64,000 nt of DNA, taken from NCBI GenBank assembly GCA_900770335.1, contig CAAGKD010000094.1, forward strand, positions 33,789 through 97,788. Reading direction: 5' to 3'. The translations under genes and the position numbers were made by a program. Shown here one piece after another: positions 54,398 through 64,000 of the stretch (position 1 is the stretch's first letter; each line of letters starts with the position of its first letter). This DNA is from an uncultured Sutterella sp. GTDB taxonomy: Bacteria > Pseudomonadota > Gammaproteobacteria > Burkholderiales > Burkholderiaceae_F. The notes under the pieces were generated by a model. The model worked only from the letters and a program-made list of their open reading frames with translations, made no database searches and had not been told where the DNA came from.

Positions 54398-55810
54398 TCA
54401 GTCCTCCTTCGGGTCCGAGGGAACCGCGGCGATGATGCGCGCGAGCGCCTCGGTGAGGCGCTCGACGTACTCGAGCGGCAGCGACTCGTCGGGCGCATGG
54501 GCGTTCTCCGCGGCGCCCAGGACGCCGGTGTTGAGGAAGGACGCGTGCGGAAAGGCGTTCGAGAAGTCCTTCATCGTGCCGATCGTGGCGCCCTCGAAGC
54601 AGAACTCGAAGGGATTGCCCCAGAGCGCCTCGCTCGCCTCGCGGGCCGCGCGCTCGAGCCAGGGCGCGAGCGCGGGAGCCTCGAAGCCGGCTTCGGCGTG
54701 CTCGTCCCAGACGGTGACGTGCGCCCTCGAGGGAACGTTCTCCGTCACGGCCCGGACAGCCGCGGCGAGCGCCGCCTTCGGATCCACCCGGGGCGGAATG
54801 CGGAAGGAGAGCGCGAGGGTCGTGCTCGCGCGCAGAAGCGCGCTCGCCTCGCTCGTCGGGGGCAGGCCGTCGGCGCCGAGAATCGAGAGCGAGGGCTCCC
54901 AGGTGTTGCGGCGGACGGCTCCGGCCGGATCGAACACGCGCGGCTCGGTGTCGCCGGCGAAGGGGAAGTCGATGATGCTCCAGCCGAGAATGGACGCGCA
55001 CCGGTCGAACGAGGCCTCGAGCTCGGCGGGGATGGCGGTGTGGAACTCAGGAAGCTTCACGCGGCCCGTGGCGGGGTCCTCGAGCCGGTCAAGAAGCTCC
55101 CGCATGACGGCGAACGAGCTCGGGACGATGCCGCTCGAGATGCCCGAGTGCACGGGGCGTTCGAGCACCTCGACGCGCAGCTTGAAGCAGACGACGCCGC
55201 GCAGGCTGCGCGTGAGCCAGAGCCGGTCGTAGTCGCAGACGCCGAGGTCGAGGATGCCGAGCACGCAGGGGTCGCCCGCGCGCGGAGCGATCTCCGAGAG
55301 GTACGCGCTGAGATCCTTCGAGCCGGATTCCTCGTCGGACTCGAAGAAGCCCGTGATGCGCGGATGGGGCGTTCCAACGGCCTCGAGCGCCTTCACCGCG
55401 GTGAGTGCGCTGTAGAAACTGTAGCCGTCGTCCGAGGCGCCGCGTCCGTAGAGGCGCCCGTCCCGAACGACCGGCGTCCAGGGGCCGAGCCCTTCGGACC
55501 AGCCCTCGGTCTCGGGCTGCTTGTCAAAGTGTCCGTAGAAGAACACGGGGCGCCCCGAGTGGCCGCCCGTCGCCGGCAGATCGATGAAGAGGGCCGGCGT
55601 CACGCCCGGGCGGGAGAGCACGTCGAACGTCCCCGCGGGGAAGCGCTCGCGCCCCCAGCGGGCGGCCTCCTCGATCGCACGCAGCAGAAAGCCGCTGCGC
55701 TCCCAGTCGGCGTCGAAGGCCGAGCTCTTCGCGGGGATTCTGATGAAGGCCTTGAGCGCGTCGAGCGTTTCGCCGCGCCAGGCCTGGCGGATGTATTCCT
55801 GAATGGTCAT
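54398..55810 (-). CDS. M20-family metallo-dipeptidase/hydrolase (Dug1/PepV/YgeY-like)
   Basis: FFYGHFDKQPE metal-binding motif region; 470 aa with M20 catalytic and dimerisation-domain pattern. Confidence 0.7.
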   Translation of the reverse strand: MTIQEYIRQAWRGETLDALKAFIRIPAKSSAFDADWERSGFLLRAIEEAARWGRERFPAGTFDVLSRPGVTPALFIDLPATGGHSGRPVFFYGHFDKQPETEGWSEGLGPWTPVVRDGRLYGRGASDDGYSFYSALTAVKALEAVGTPHPRITGFFESDEESGSKDLSAYLSEIAPRAGDPCVLGILDLGVCDYDRLWLTRSLRGVVCFKLRVEVLERPVHSGISSGIVPSSFAVMRELLDRLEDPATGRVKLPEFHTAIPAELEASFDRCASILGWSIIDFPFAGDTEPRVFDPAGAVRRNTWEPSLSILGADGLPPTSEASALLRASTTLALSFRIPPRVDPKAALAAAVRAVTENVPSRAHVTVWDEHAEAGFEAPALAPWLERAAREASEALWGNPFEFCFEGATIGTMKDFSNAFPHASFLNTGVLGAAENAHAPDESLPLEYVERLTEALARIIAAVPSDPKED

Positions 55811-55856
55811 GATCTCTTTGTCCGATGGGCGCGCGGCGTCCGCGCGCGAGAGAAAG

Positions 55857-56726
55857 CTACTTTGCGATGGAGAACGCGTTCACGCCGAGCGTCGCGCCGA
55901 TGCTCTTCGCGCTCTCGGCGGCTGCCGCGCGCGAGAGGCCGCTGCCGGCGATGATGCGCCAGAGCGCACCGTCGCGCACGATGCGCACCGTCTGGCTTGA
56001 GTCGGCCGCGGCGAGCACGGCCTGCGCATGCGCGGCGAAGGCGCGCGCGTTGGACTCGAGCGAGAAGGAGCCGATCTGCACGCCCCAGCCCGCGGCGGCC
56101 GCGCTGATGCCGGCGTTCTTCGCGGGAGCGGTCCATGAGGGCTGCGTCACGGGCGTCGAGGAGGTCTCGCCCGCAGAGGCCTTCCAGGATCCCGAGCGGA
56201 TCTCGTCCCAGGTGAGGCGCGTCACCTCGACCTGCGCGGTGCCCGCGCTCGAGTAGCCGAGCGTCTTGGCCGCGGCGTACGAGAGGTCGATGATCCGGCC
56301 GTGCAGGAAGGGGCCGCGGTCGTTGATGCGCACGATGATCGTCTTCCCGTTGCTGAGGTTGCGCACCTTCGCGTAGGAGGGCAGGGGCATCGTCGGGTGC
56401 GCCGCCGTGGGCTTGTACATGTCGTACGTCTCGCCGATCGAGGTCTTCTTGCCGTGGAACTGCTTGCCGTACCAGGAGGCGACGCCGCGCTGGCGCAGAG
56501 GCGAGTCGGTCGTCATCGGCGTGTAGCGCGATCCGAGCACCGTGTAGGGCTTGTTGGCGGCGCTCCGGAAGGCCTCCACGCGCGGCACGGCGTTCTCCGC
56601 GGCGGAGCCGGTGAAGACGGCGGGCGGACCGTCGTTGTCGTAGTAGGGCGTGTGCGTGCTGCAGCCCGAGAGAAGGGTGGCGACGGCCGCGGCGAGGAGG
56701 GCGGCGGAGAGCTTCAGGCGCTTCAT
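55857..56726 (-). CDS. rlpA: Septal ring lytic transglycosylase RlpA (DPBB plus C-terminal SPOR domain), lipoprotein
   Basis: Lipobox LLSGC; DPBB motif GVASWYGKQFHGKKTSIGETYDMY...IVRINDRGPF; C-terminal SPOR-like region. Confidence 0.85.
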   Translation of the reverse strand: MKRLKLSAALLAAAVATLLSGCSTHTPYYDNDGPPAVFTGSAAENAVPRVEAFRSAANKPYTVLGSRYTPMTTDSPLRQRGVASWYGKQFHGKKTSIGETYDMYKPTAAHPTMPLPSYAKVRNLSNGKTIIVRINDRGPFLHGRIIDLSYAAAKTLGYSSAGTAQVEVTRLTWDEIRSGSWKASAGETSSTPVTQPSWTAPAKNAGISAAAAGWGVQIGSFSLESNARAFAAHAQAVLAAADSSQTVRIVRDGALWRIIAGSGLSRAAAAESAKSIGATLGVNAFSIAK

Positions 56727-56736
56727 GTTGTGCGGG

Positions 56737-57849
56737 CTAGTCCTTCGATTCCGCGGAGATGGCGAGCAGAATTCCCGTTGACGTGCCGAGGATCAGGAGC
56801 GCCGTGCCGCCGTAGCTCATAAAGGGCAGGGGCACGCCCACGACGGGAAGGATTCCGCTCACCATGCCGATGTTGACGAACGTGTAGGTGAAGAAGATTA
56901 CGCCGATCGAGCCCGCGAGGAGCCTCGCGAAGCGCGTGGGGGCGCCTGCGGCGATGTAGAAGCTCCGGGCGATGAGCGCAAGGTAGAGCAGGAGCAAGAG
57001 CGCCGCGCCCACGAAGCCGAACTCCTCGCCGAAGACCGCGAAGATGAAGTCCGACGTGCGCTCGGGGATGAAGTCGAGATGCGCCTGCGTGCCCTCCATC
57101 CAGCCCTTGCCCGTGACGCCGCCCGAGCCGATGGCGATGAGCGCCTGCAGGATGTGGAAGCCCTTTCCGAGCGGATCGAGCGTCGGGTCGAGCAGCGTGA
57201 GCACGCGCTCGCGCTGGTAGTCGTGCATGAAGGTCCAGAGCAGCGGCATCGAGAGCACGAGCGCTCCGGAGCAGAGGGCGACGATGCGCGCGCTCACGCC
57301 CGCGAAGAAGATGACCGAAAGCCCTGCGATCGAGACGAGGGTCGCCGTGCCGAGGTCGGGCTGCTTGAGGATGAAGCCCGCCGGAATCAGCAGCAGCCCC
57401 AGGGCGGCGGCGTGGTCCCAGGCGGAGAGCGCTTCGCCGCGCTTCCAGTAGTACCAGGCGAGCATCATCGGCACGGCGAGCTTCATGATCTCCGAGGGCT
57501 GGATGCGCACGCCCACGTTGAGCCAGCGCGTCGCTCCCTTGACGGTGACGCCGAAGAGCGCCGTGGCGAGCAGGAGCAGGCAGCCTATGACGAAGCAGGG
57601 CACGGAGATGCGCCGGATCCAGCGCACGGGCACGAGCGCCGTGGCGAACATCGCGCCGGCCGCGACGATGAGGTTGCGCACCTGGTCCTCGATGCGCCAG
57701 GGGAAGGAGTATCCCGCCGAGAAGAGCGTGATGAAGCCCACCGTGACGAGGCACATCACGATGGCGAGGAGCATGAGGTCAAGGCGCAGGATGCGCGAGA
57801 TGAGCCATCCGCCCGCGATGCGCAGCATGCGCTCAAGCTCTCCTATCAT
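56737..57849 (-). CDS. rodA: Peptidoglycan glycosyltransferase of the SEDS family (rod shape-determining)
   Basis: 370 aa FtsW/RodA-family TM protein immediately downstream of mrdA (4 bp overlap). Confidence 0.85.
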   Translation of the reverse strand: MIGELERMLRIAGGWLISRILRLDLMLLAIVMCLVTVGFITLFSAGYSFPWRIEDQVRNLIVAAGAMFATALVPVRWIRRISVPCFVIGCLLLLATALFGVTVKGATRWLNVGVRIQPSEIMKLAVPMMLAWYYWKRGEALSAWDHAAALGLLLIPAGFILKQPDLGTATLVSIAGLSVIFFAGVSARIVALCSGALVLSMPLLWTFMHDYQRERVLTLLDPTLDPLGKGFHILQALIAIGSGGVTGKGWMEGTQAHLDFIPERTSDFIFAVFGEEFGFVGAALLLLLYLALIARSFYIAAGAPTRFARLLAGSIGVIFFTYTFVNIGMVSGILPVVGVPLPFMSYGGTALLILGTSTGILLAISAESKD

Positions 57850-59798
57850 CTTCCTCCTCCCGCGCTTCTCGCCGGGCGCTGGCGCTTCGCGTCGATGAGC
57901 GTGACGCCCTTCGGGGGCGCGAGCCCGAGCGCGTTCTCGCCCGTGAGCCAGTAGTCCATCATCTCGCGCGCGACCGGGGCGGCGGCCTTCGCGCCGAAGC
58001 CGCCGTTCTCGACGAGCACCGCCAGGGCGATCCTCGGATTGCGCGCGGGCGCGAAGGCGATGAAGAGCGCGTGGTCATGGAGCCTGCGCGAGAGCTTCTT
58101 CGCGTCATATTTGGCGTCCTGCGCGATGCCGACGACCTGGGCCGTTCCGGTCTTGCCCGCGACGCTGTAAGGAGCGTCGGCGAAGATCGAGCGGGCCGTG
58201 CCCGTACGCGTCACGTCGGTCATGCCCGCCGTGACCACCTCGATGCTCGAGGGCTTGAGCGGAATCGCTCCCGTCGATTCAGTGAAGAGCCGCTCCTCCT
58301 CGCCCGTCATCGGGTTCTCGATGCTCTTGACGAGGTGCGGCGTCATGATTTTTCCCCGGTTGGCCAGGGTCGCCGTGGCATGCGCGAGCTGCAGGAGCGT
58401 GAAGGCGTTGTAGCCCTGTCCGATGCCGAGCGAGGGCGTGTCGCCGAGCACCCAGGGCTTGCCGAAGCGCTTCTCCTTCCATTCGCGGCTCGGCAGGATG
58501 CCGGTCTGCTCGCCGACGAGATCGATGCCGGTGCGGTCGCCGAACTTCCACTGCGCCATGAAGTCATGGATGCCGTCGACGCCGATGCGCGTGGAGAGCC
58601 AGTAGTAGTAGATGTCCGAGGAGACGGCGATCGACTTGCGCAGGTTGAGCGGCCCCTTGGGCGAGCCCGTAACGTCGCGGAACCTGTGGTTGCCGACCTG
58701 GAAGACGCCGGTGTCGTTGAGGATGTAGTCGGCCGTCACCGCGCCGGTCTCGAGGCCTGCGAGCGCCATGAAGGGTTTGTAGGTCGAGCCGATCGGATAG
58801 AGCCCGCGCATGGCGCGGTTGAGCAGGGGCTTCTCGGGCGAGGTGTTCAGGAAGTTCCACGACTCCGGATCGATGCCGCCCGGGAAGAGGTTGAGGTCGT
58901 AGGTCGGCATCGACGCGAAGGCGAGGATCTCGCCCGTCCTGGGCTCGATCGCGATCACGGCGCCTGTTCGGCCGGCCATGGCGTGCTCGGCGACGCGCTG
59001 CAGGCTGAGGTCCACCGAGAGGCGCAGGTTTCGGCCCGGTGTGGCCGGGACGACCTCGAGCGTGCGCACCGAGCGGCCGTCCGCAGTAACCTCGAAGGTC
59101 TCGCGGCCCGGCGTGCCGTGAAGAACCGTCTCGTAGCTGCGCTCGACGCCGACCTTGCCGATCTCGCGCTCGCCCTGGTAGAGTGCGAGCATCCCCTCGG
59201 ACTCGATGCGCTTTCTGTCGCCCGCCGAGAGCGATCCGACGTAGCCGATGAAGTGGCTTCCGACGGCCTGCTGCGGATAGATGCGATGCTCGCGCTGGTT
59301 GACGTCCACGCCCTGGAAGCGCCAGCGCTGGGAGAGAAAGCGCGCGACCTCCTCCTCGGAGAGCTCCATGCGGATGGGAATACCGTCGTAGCGGTTGAGG
59401 TCCTCGCGCAGCCGACGGAAGCGCCGGCGGTCCGCCTGGGTGATCTCGACGACCTTGCCGAGCCGGTCCATGAGCCGGTCAAGGGGTTCGGCGGTCTGAT
59501 CGATCGTGATCTCGAGCGCCCAGCTCAGGCGGTTGCCGGCGAGCAGCGTCCCGTTGCGGTCGAAGATGAGGCCGCGCGAGCCCTGGTTCGTCGTCGTGAC
59601 CGTGCGGTTCTGCTCGGCCTTCTGCTGATAGGCGTCCTGCTTGACGACCTGCAGCCATCCGAGCCGCAGCGCGAGGATGAGAAAGCAGAGCATGACGAGG
59701 CAGAAGGCGAAGCCCAGGCGCCGCCTGAAGCCGCCGACGTCCGCGTCCTCTTCCTTGAAGTCGAGGGATTCGAGCGCCATCCGGATCGTCCCCTGCAA
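57846..59798 (-). CDS. mrdA: Penicillin-binding protein 2 (elongasome transpeptidase)
   Basis: 650 aa; N-terminal TM; active-site STYK (IGSTYKPF); PBP dimerisation domain. Confidence 0.9.
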   Translation of the reverse strand: MQGTIRMALESLDFKEEDADVGGFRRRLGFAFCLVMLCFLILALRLGWLQVVKQDAYQQKAEQNRTVTTTNQGSRGLIFDRNGTLLAGNRLSWALEITIDQTAEPLDRLMDRLGKVVEITQADRRRFRRLREDLNRYDGIPIRMELSEEEVARFLSQRWRFQGVDVNQREHRIYPQQAVGSHFIGYVGSLSAGDRKRIESEGMLALYQGEREIGKVGVERSYETVLHGTPGRETFEVTADGRSVRTLEVVPATPGRNLRLSVDLSLQRVAEHAMAGRTGAVIAIEPRTGEILAFASMPTYDLNLFPGGIDPESWNFLNTSPEKPLLNRAMRGLYPIGSTYKPFMALAGLETGAVTADYILNDTGVFQVGNHRFRDVTGSPKGPLNLRKSIAVSSDIYYYWLSTRIGVDGIHDFMAQWKFGDRTGIDLVGEQTGILPSREWKEKRFGKPWVLGDTPSLGIGQGYNAFTLLQLAHATATLANRGKIMTPHLVKSIENPMTGEEERLFTESTGAIPLKPSSIEVVTAGMTDVTRTGTARSIFADAPYSVAGKTGTAQVVGIAQDAKYDAKKLSRRLHDHALFIAFAPARNPRIALAVLVENGGFGAKAAAPVAREMMDYWLTGENALGLAPPKGVTLIDAKRQRPARSAGGGR

Positions 59799-59805
59799 CG
59801 CGCGG

Positions 59806-60327
59806 TCAGAGCGCTGCGTCCGCGCGCGAGCGCGGCCGCAGCACGCGGATCCAGAGCGGCCAGGCGAGCGCGCCGGCGAGGCTGCTCAGGAACCACTCCC
59901 AGCCCGGCCAGAGGCCGTCGAACCACAGGCGCGCGAGCATCACGAGGACCTGCGAGAAGACGAGGATCGGCAGGATGTGCAGCGCCTGGCCGGCCGGACC
60001 GAAGAGTGGCAGGCGGCGCGACAGGACCGTCGTCAGGTAGCAGATCGTGACGTAGGCGAGGGCGTGCTGGCCGAGGACGGCGCCGTTGATCGCGTCCATG
60101 AGGATGCCGCAGACGAAGGCCGCGGCCATGCCGGAGCTCTCGGGCTGGCGGAGCGTCCAGAAGATGATCGTGAGCGAGAGGAAGCTCGGCGCCCAGAAGA
60201 ACTCCGAGGTTGCGATGTTGAGCGCCATCGACGCGGCGAACGTGAGCGCGACCCACGAGCCCGGAGACGCGTGCTCGATGCGGGCGGCCTCCTCGGGATC
60301 GGGCAGGCGGATGTCCTTTTCGGTCAT
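59806..60327 (-). CDS. mreD: Rod shape-determining protein MreD
   Basis: 173 aa polytopic membrane protein between mreC and mrdA. Confidence 0.8.
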   Translation of the reverse strand: MTEKDIRLPDPEEAARIEHASPGSWVALTFAASMALNIATSEFFWAPSFLSLTIIFWTLRQPESSGMAAAFVCGILMDAINGAVLGQHALAYVTICYLTTVLSRRLPLFGPAGQALHILPILVFSQVLVMLARLWFDGLWPGWEWFLSSLAGALAWPLWIRVLRPRSRADAAL

Positions 60328-61217
60328 CGACGGGACCTCCTCTCGAAGCGCGAGGGCGAGGGCGTGTCATCGAGCGCCTGCGCGGGGGCCGGATCGGCGA
60401 GCACGACCGTCGCGAAGTCGACGTTCTCGATGTCCGCGGCGAGCGCGGCCGAGACGGTTTGGTAGGGCTCGCCCTGGCGGTAGCCCGAGTCGGTCACGCG
60501 CGCGGCGAGCACCTCGCGCGGAAAGACGTTGTCCAGACCCGACGTGATGAGCTCGTCGCCGGCGCGGACGTCCTGCGAGGGCGACACGAAGAGCACCGAG
60601 AGCGCGTCGCCGCCCGTTCCGGCGAGCACGTGGAAGGTGCCGGTGCGGCGGTTGATGACGGGCAGGCGAATCGTGTGGTCCGTGAGTAGCGTCACCTCCG
60701 AGAGGCGGTTGACGACGCGCGAGACCTGGCCGAGGACGCCGAAGGGGCCGATGACGGGCATGCCGACGCGAACGCCTTCGTTGGCGCCCACGTTGATCTG
60801 GATGCGGCGCGAGAAGGGGTCGGCGATGCGCCCGATCACCTCTCCGGTGACGGTCTTGCTTGACGAGCGCGCGACGGCGTTGACGAGGCTGCGCAGCTCG
60901 TCGTTCTCCTGCTGAATGCCGGCGAGCCGGGCGGCCTGCAGCTGCAGGAGCTGGTTCTCGGTGGAGAGCCGCTGCACCTCCTCGTTGAGGCGGCGCTTGC
61001 TCATGAAGTATCCCTCGCCCTTGCCGAGGAGGCTCCCGGGCAGGTGTATGAGCTCGACCACGGGCGAGGTGAAGCTCACGATGGTGCTTCTGAGGTCGTC
61101 GAGCGCGCGCAGGCGTCCGTCGACGAGCATCGCCGTGAGCGAAAGCATCAGAAAAAAGAGGAAGCGCGCCTTCGCGGACACGCCCTGGCGAAACAGCGGA
61201 GGAGGTCCGTAGGCCAT
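60324..61217 (-). CDS. mreC: Rod shape-determining protein MreC
   Basis: N-terminal TM, coiled-coil LQLQAARLAGIQQENDELR, beta-rich C-terminus. Confidence 0.85.
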   Translation of the reverse strand: MAYGPPPLFRQGVSAKARFLFFLMLSLTAMLVDGRLRALDDLRSTIVSFTSPVVELIHLPGSLLGKGEGYFMSKRRLNEEVQRLSTENQLLQLQAARLAGIQQENDELRSLVNAVARSSSKTVTGEVIGRIADPFSRRIQINVGANEGVRVGMPVIGPFGVLGQVSRVVNRLSEVTLLTDHTIRLPVINRRTGTFHVLAGTGGDALSVLFVSPSQDVRAGDELITSGLDNVFPREVLAARVTDSGYRQGEPYQTVSAALAADIENVDFATVVLADPAPAQALDDTPSPSRFERRSRR

Positions 61218-61236
61218 CTCAAGCGAGCCTGCGGCG

Positions 61237-62331
<1,095 letters not shown>

Positions 62332-62527
62332 TCATTCCGGGCGGCCCGCGTCGGGACGGAATGAAGGCATGCATAACCTGCCAATGATAAACTAACCGCC
62401 TACTTTCAAAGGGGAGGGAGCAGCGCGCGCGCAATGAATCCTCGTGAAGGATTGTTACGGAAAATTTTCGCTTCCGGACCGCCTCCCGCACCCTCTTTCC
62501 GAACCCTTTTTTCCCGAAGACGTCACT

Positions 62528-62815
62528 ATGCCTCTAAGCGCTGGCGATATTCGCCGCATCGCAGATCTCGGTCGAATTGACATTTCCGAAGAGCAGATCC
62601 GGGTCATGCAGGGCGAACTCAACGACATTTTCAAGATGATCGAGGAGATCCGCTCCGTGGACACCGACGGAGTCGAGCCCATGCCCAATCCTCACGACGG
62701 CGTCGAGCGCCTGCGCGAAGACCGCGTCTCTGAGGGCGACAACCGCAGCGAGAACATGAAGAACGCCCCCGAGAAGTCCGAGGGCTACTTCCTCGTCCCC
62801 CAGGTCATCGAATGA
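62528..62815 (+). CDS. gatC: Glu-tRNA(Gln)/Asp-tRNA(Asn) amidotransferase subunit C
   Basis: [41 protein letters not shown]...; 95 aa; internal ATG chosen. Confidence 0.85.
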   Translation: MPLSAGDIRRIADLGRIDISEEQIRVMQGELNDIFKMIEEIRSVDTDGVEPMPNPHDGVERLREDRVSEGDNRSENMKNAPEKSEGYFLVPQVIE

Positions 62816-62842
62816 CGTTTTCCGGAAGAGAAGCAGAAAAAA

Positions 62843-64000
62843 TGGACAGCAAATTCGTCTCCGTCGCCGAGCTCTCCCGGCGTCTCCAGAGCCGCGAGGT
62901 GAGCGCGGTCGAGCTCGCCCGCGGCTTCCTTGAGCGAATCGAGGCCGCGAAGGGCCTGAACGCGTTCCTTGACGTCCGTCCCGAGGAGACGCTCCGCCAG
63001 GCCGAGGCCGCCGACAGGCTGCTCGCCGCGGGCGGCGCCTCGCCGCTCACGGGCGTTCCGATCGCTCACAAGGACATCTTCGTCACCAAGGAGTGGGCCT
63101 CCACCGCCGCGAGCCGCATGCTCGAGGGCTACATGAGCCCCTTTGATGCGACGGTCGTGCGCCAGCTCAAGGCCGCCGGCATGGTCTGCCTCGGCAAGCT
63201 CAACTGCGACGAGTTCGCCATGGGCTCGGGCAACGAGAACTCCGCCTACGGGCGCGTGGGCAACCCCTGGGACGCCAATGCGGTCCCGGGCGGCTCCTCG
63301 GGCGGCTCCGCCGCCGCCGTCGCGGCCGGCCTCGCGCCGATCGTCACCGGCACCGACACGGGCGGCTCGATCCGCGAGCCCGCCTCCTTCTGCGGCGTCA
63401 CGGGCATGAAGCCCACCTACGGCCGTCCCTCGCGCCTCGGCATGATCGCCTTCGCGTCCTCGCTCGACACGGCCGGCCTGCTCGGGCAGTCCGCCGAGGA
63501 CTGCGCGCTCGTGCTCGGCTCCATGGTCGGCCACGACCCCTGGGACTCGACGAGCGTGGACATGCCCGCGGAGGACTTCACGCGCGATCTCGGCAAGTCC
63601 GTGAAGGGCCTGCGCATCGGCGTGCCTCGCGCCTGGCTCGGCGAGGGCCTTGACGGCGAGGTGCGTGCGTCGATCGAGAAGGTGCTCGACTTCTACCGCT
63701 CCGAGGGCGCCGAGATCGTCGACATCGACCTGCCCATGGCCCGTCTCGGCGTGCCGGTCTACTACGTCGTCGCCTGCGCTGAGGCGAGCTCGAACCTCTC
63801 GCGCTTTGACGGCGTGCGCTACGGCCATCGCGCCGCCGAGTACGCGGACATCATCGACATGATGAAGCGTAGCCGCAACGAGGGCTTCGGCCCCGAGCCC
63901 AAGCGCCGCATCATGATCGGCACGTACGTGCTCTCGCACGGCTACTACGACGCCTACTACCTCAAGGCCCAGCGCGTCCGCCGCCTGATCGCCCGCGAGT
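62843..64000 (+). CDS. gatA: Glu-tRNA(Gln) amidotransferase subunit A (partial; continues past the window end)
   Basis: [15 protein letters not shown]...; amidase signature [14 protein letters not shown]...[12 protein letters not shown]. There is no stop codon inside the window. Confidence 0.9.

Overview
This 64 kb window is GC-rich (about 65%) and proteobacterial, and its gene order points to a Betaproteobacterium (Burkholderiales-like). It spans the replication-origin neighbourhood. One co-directional minus-strand block runs rpmH-rnpA-yidD-yidC-mnmE-mnmG-rsmG-(marC)-parA-parB-atpIBEFHAGDC plus a second tandem atpC. On the other side lie dnaA-dnaN-gyrB on the plus strand. Flanking core genes are glmS-glmU, ubiE with Tim44-like and DUF971 genes, priA, hemE, a tRNA-Arg(CCG), menA, ybeD, a dacA-like gene, birA-coaX, the rlpA-rodA-mrdA-mreDCB cell-shape cluster and gatCA. 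The accessory-looking content is an autotransporter C-terminus, a DegP/MucD protease, an RND efflux operon (adaptor, pump, outer-membrane factor) with a co-oriented 3' TetR regulator, two MarC paralogs and a relic of a DUF4143-type ATPase. I found no CRISPR array, integrase or transposase. The most notable observations are: (1) a dense DnaA-box cluster with an AT-rich stretch downstream of gyrB, stronger than the boxes in the canonical rpmH-dnaA spacer; (2) tandem atpC paralogs separated by a terminator; (3) a syntenic DacA (PBP5)-like protein whose catalytic motifs look degenerate; (4) a tandem TGAAC/GTTCA operator-like array in the RND promoter. All calls come from reading the translations and the DNA by eye; I ran no database searches.
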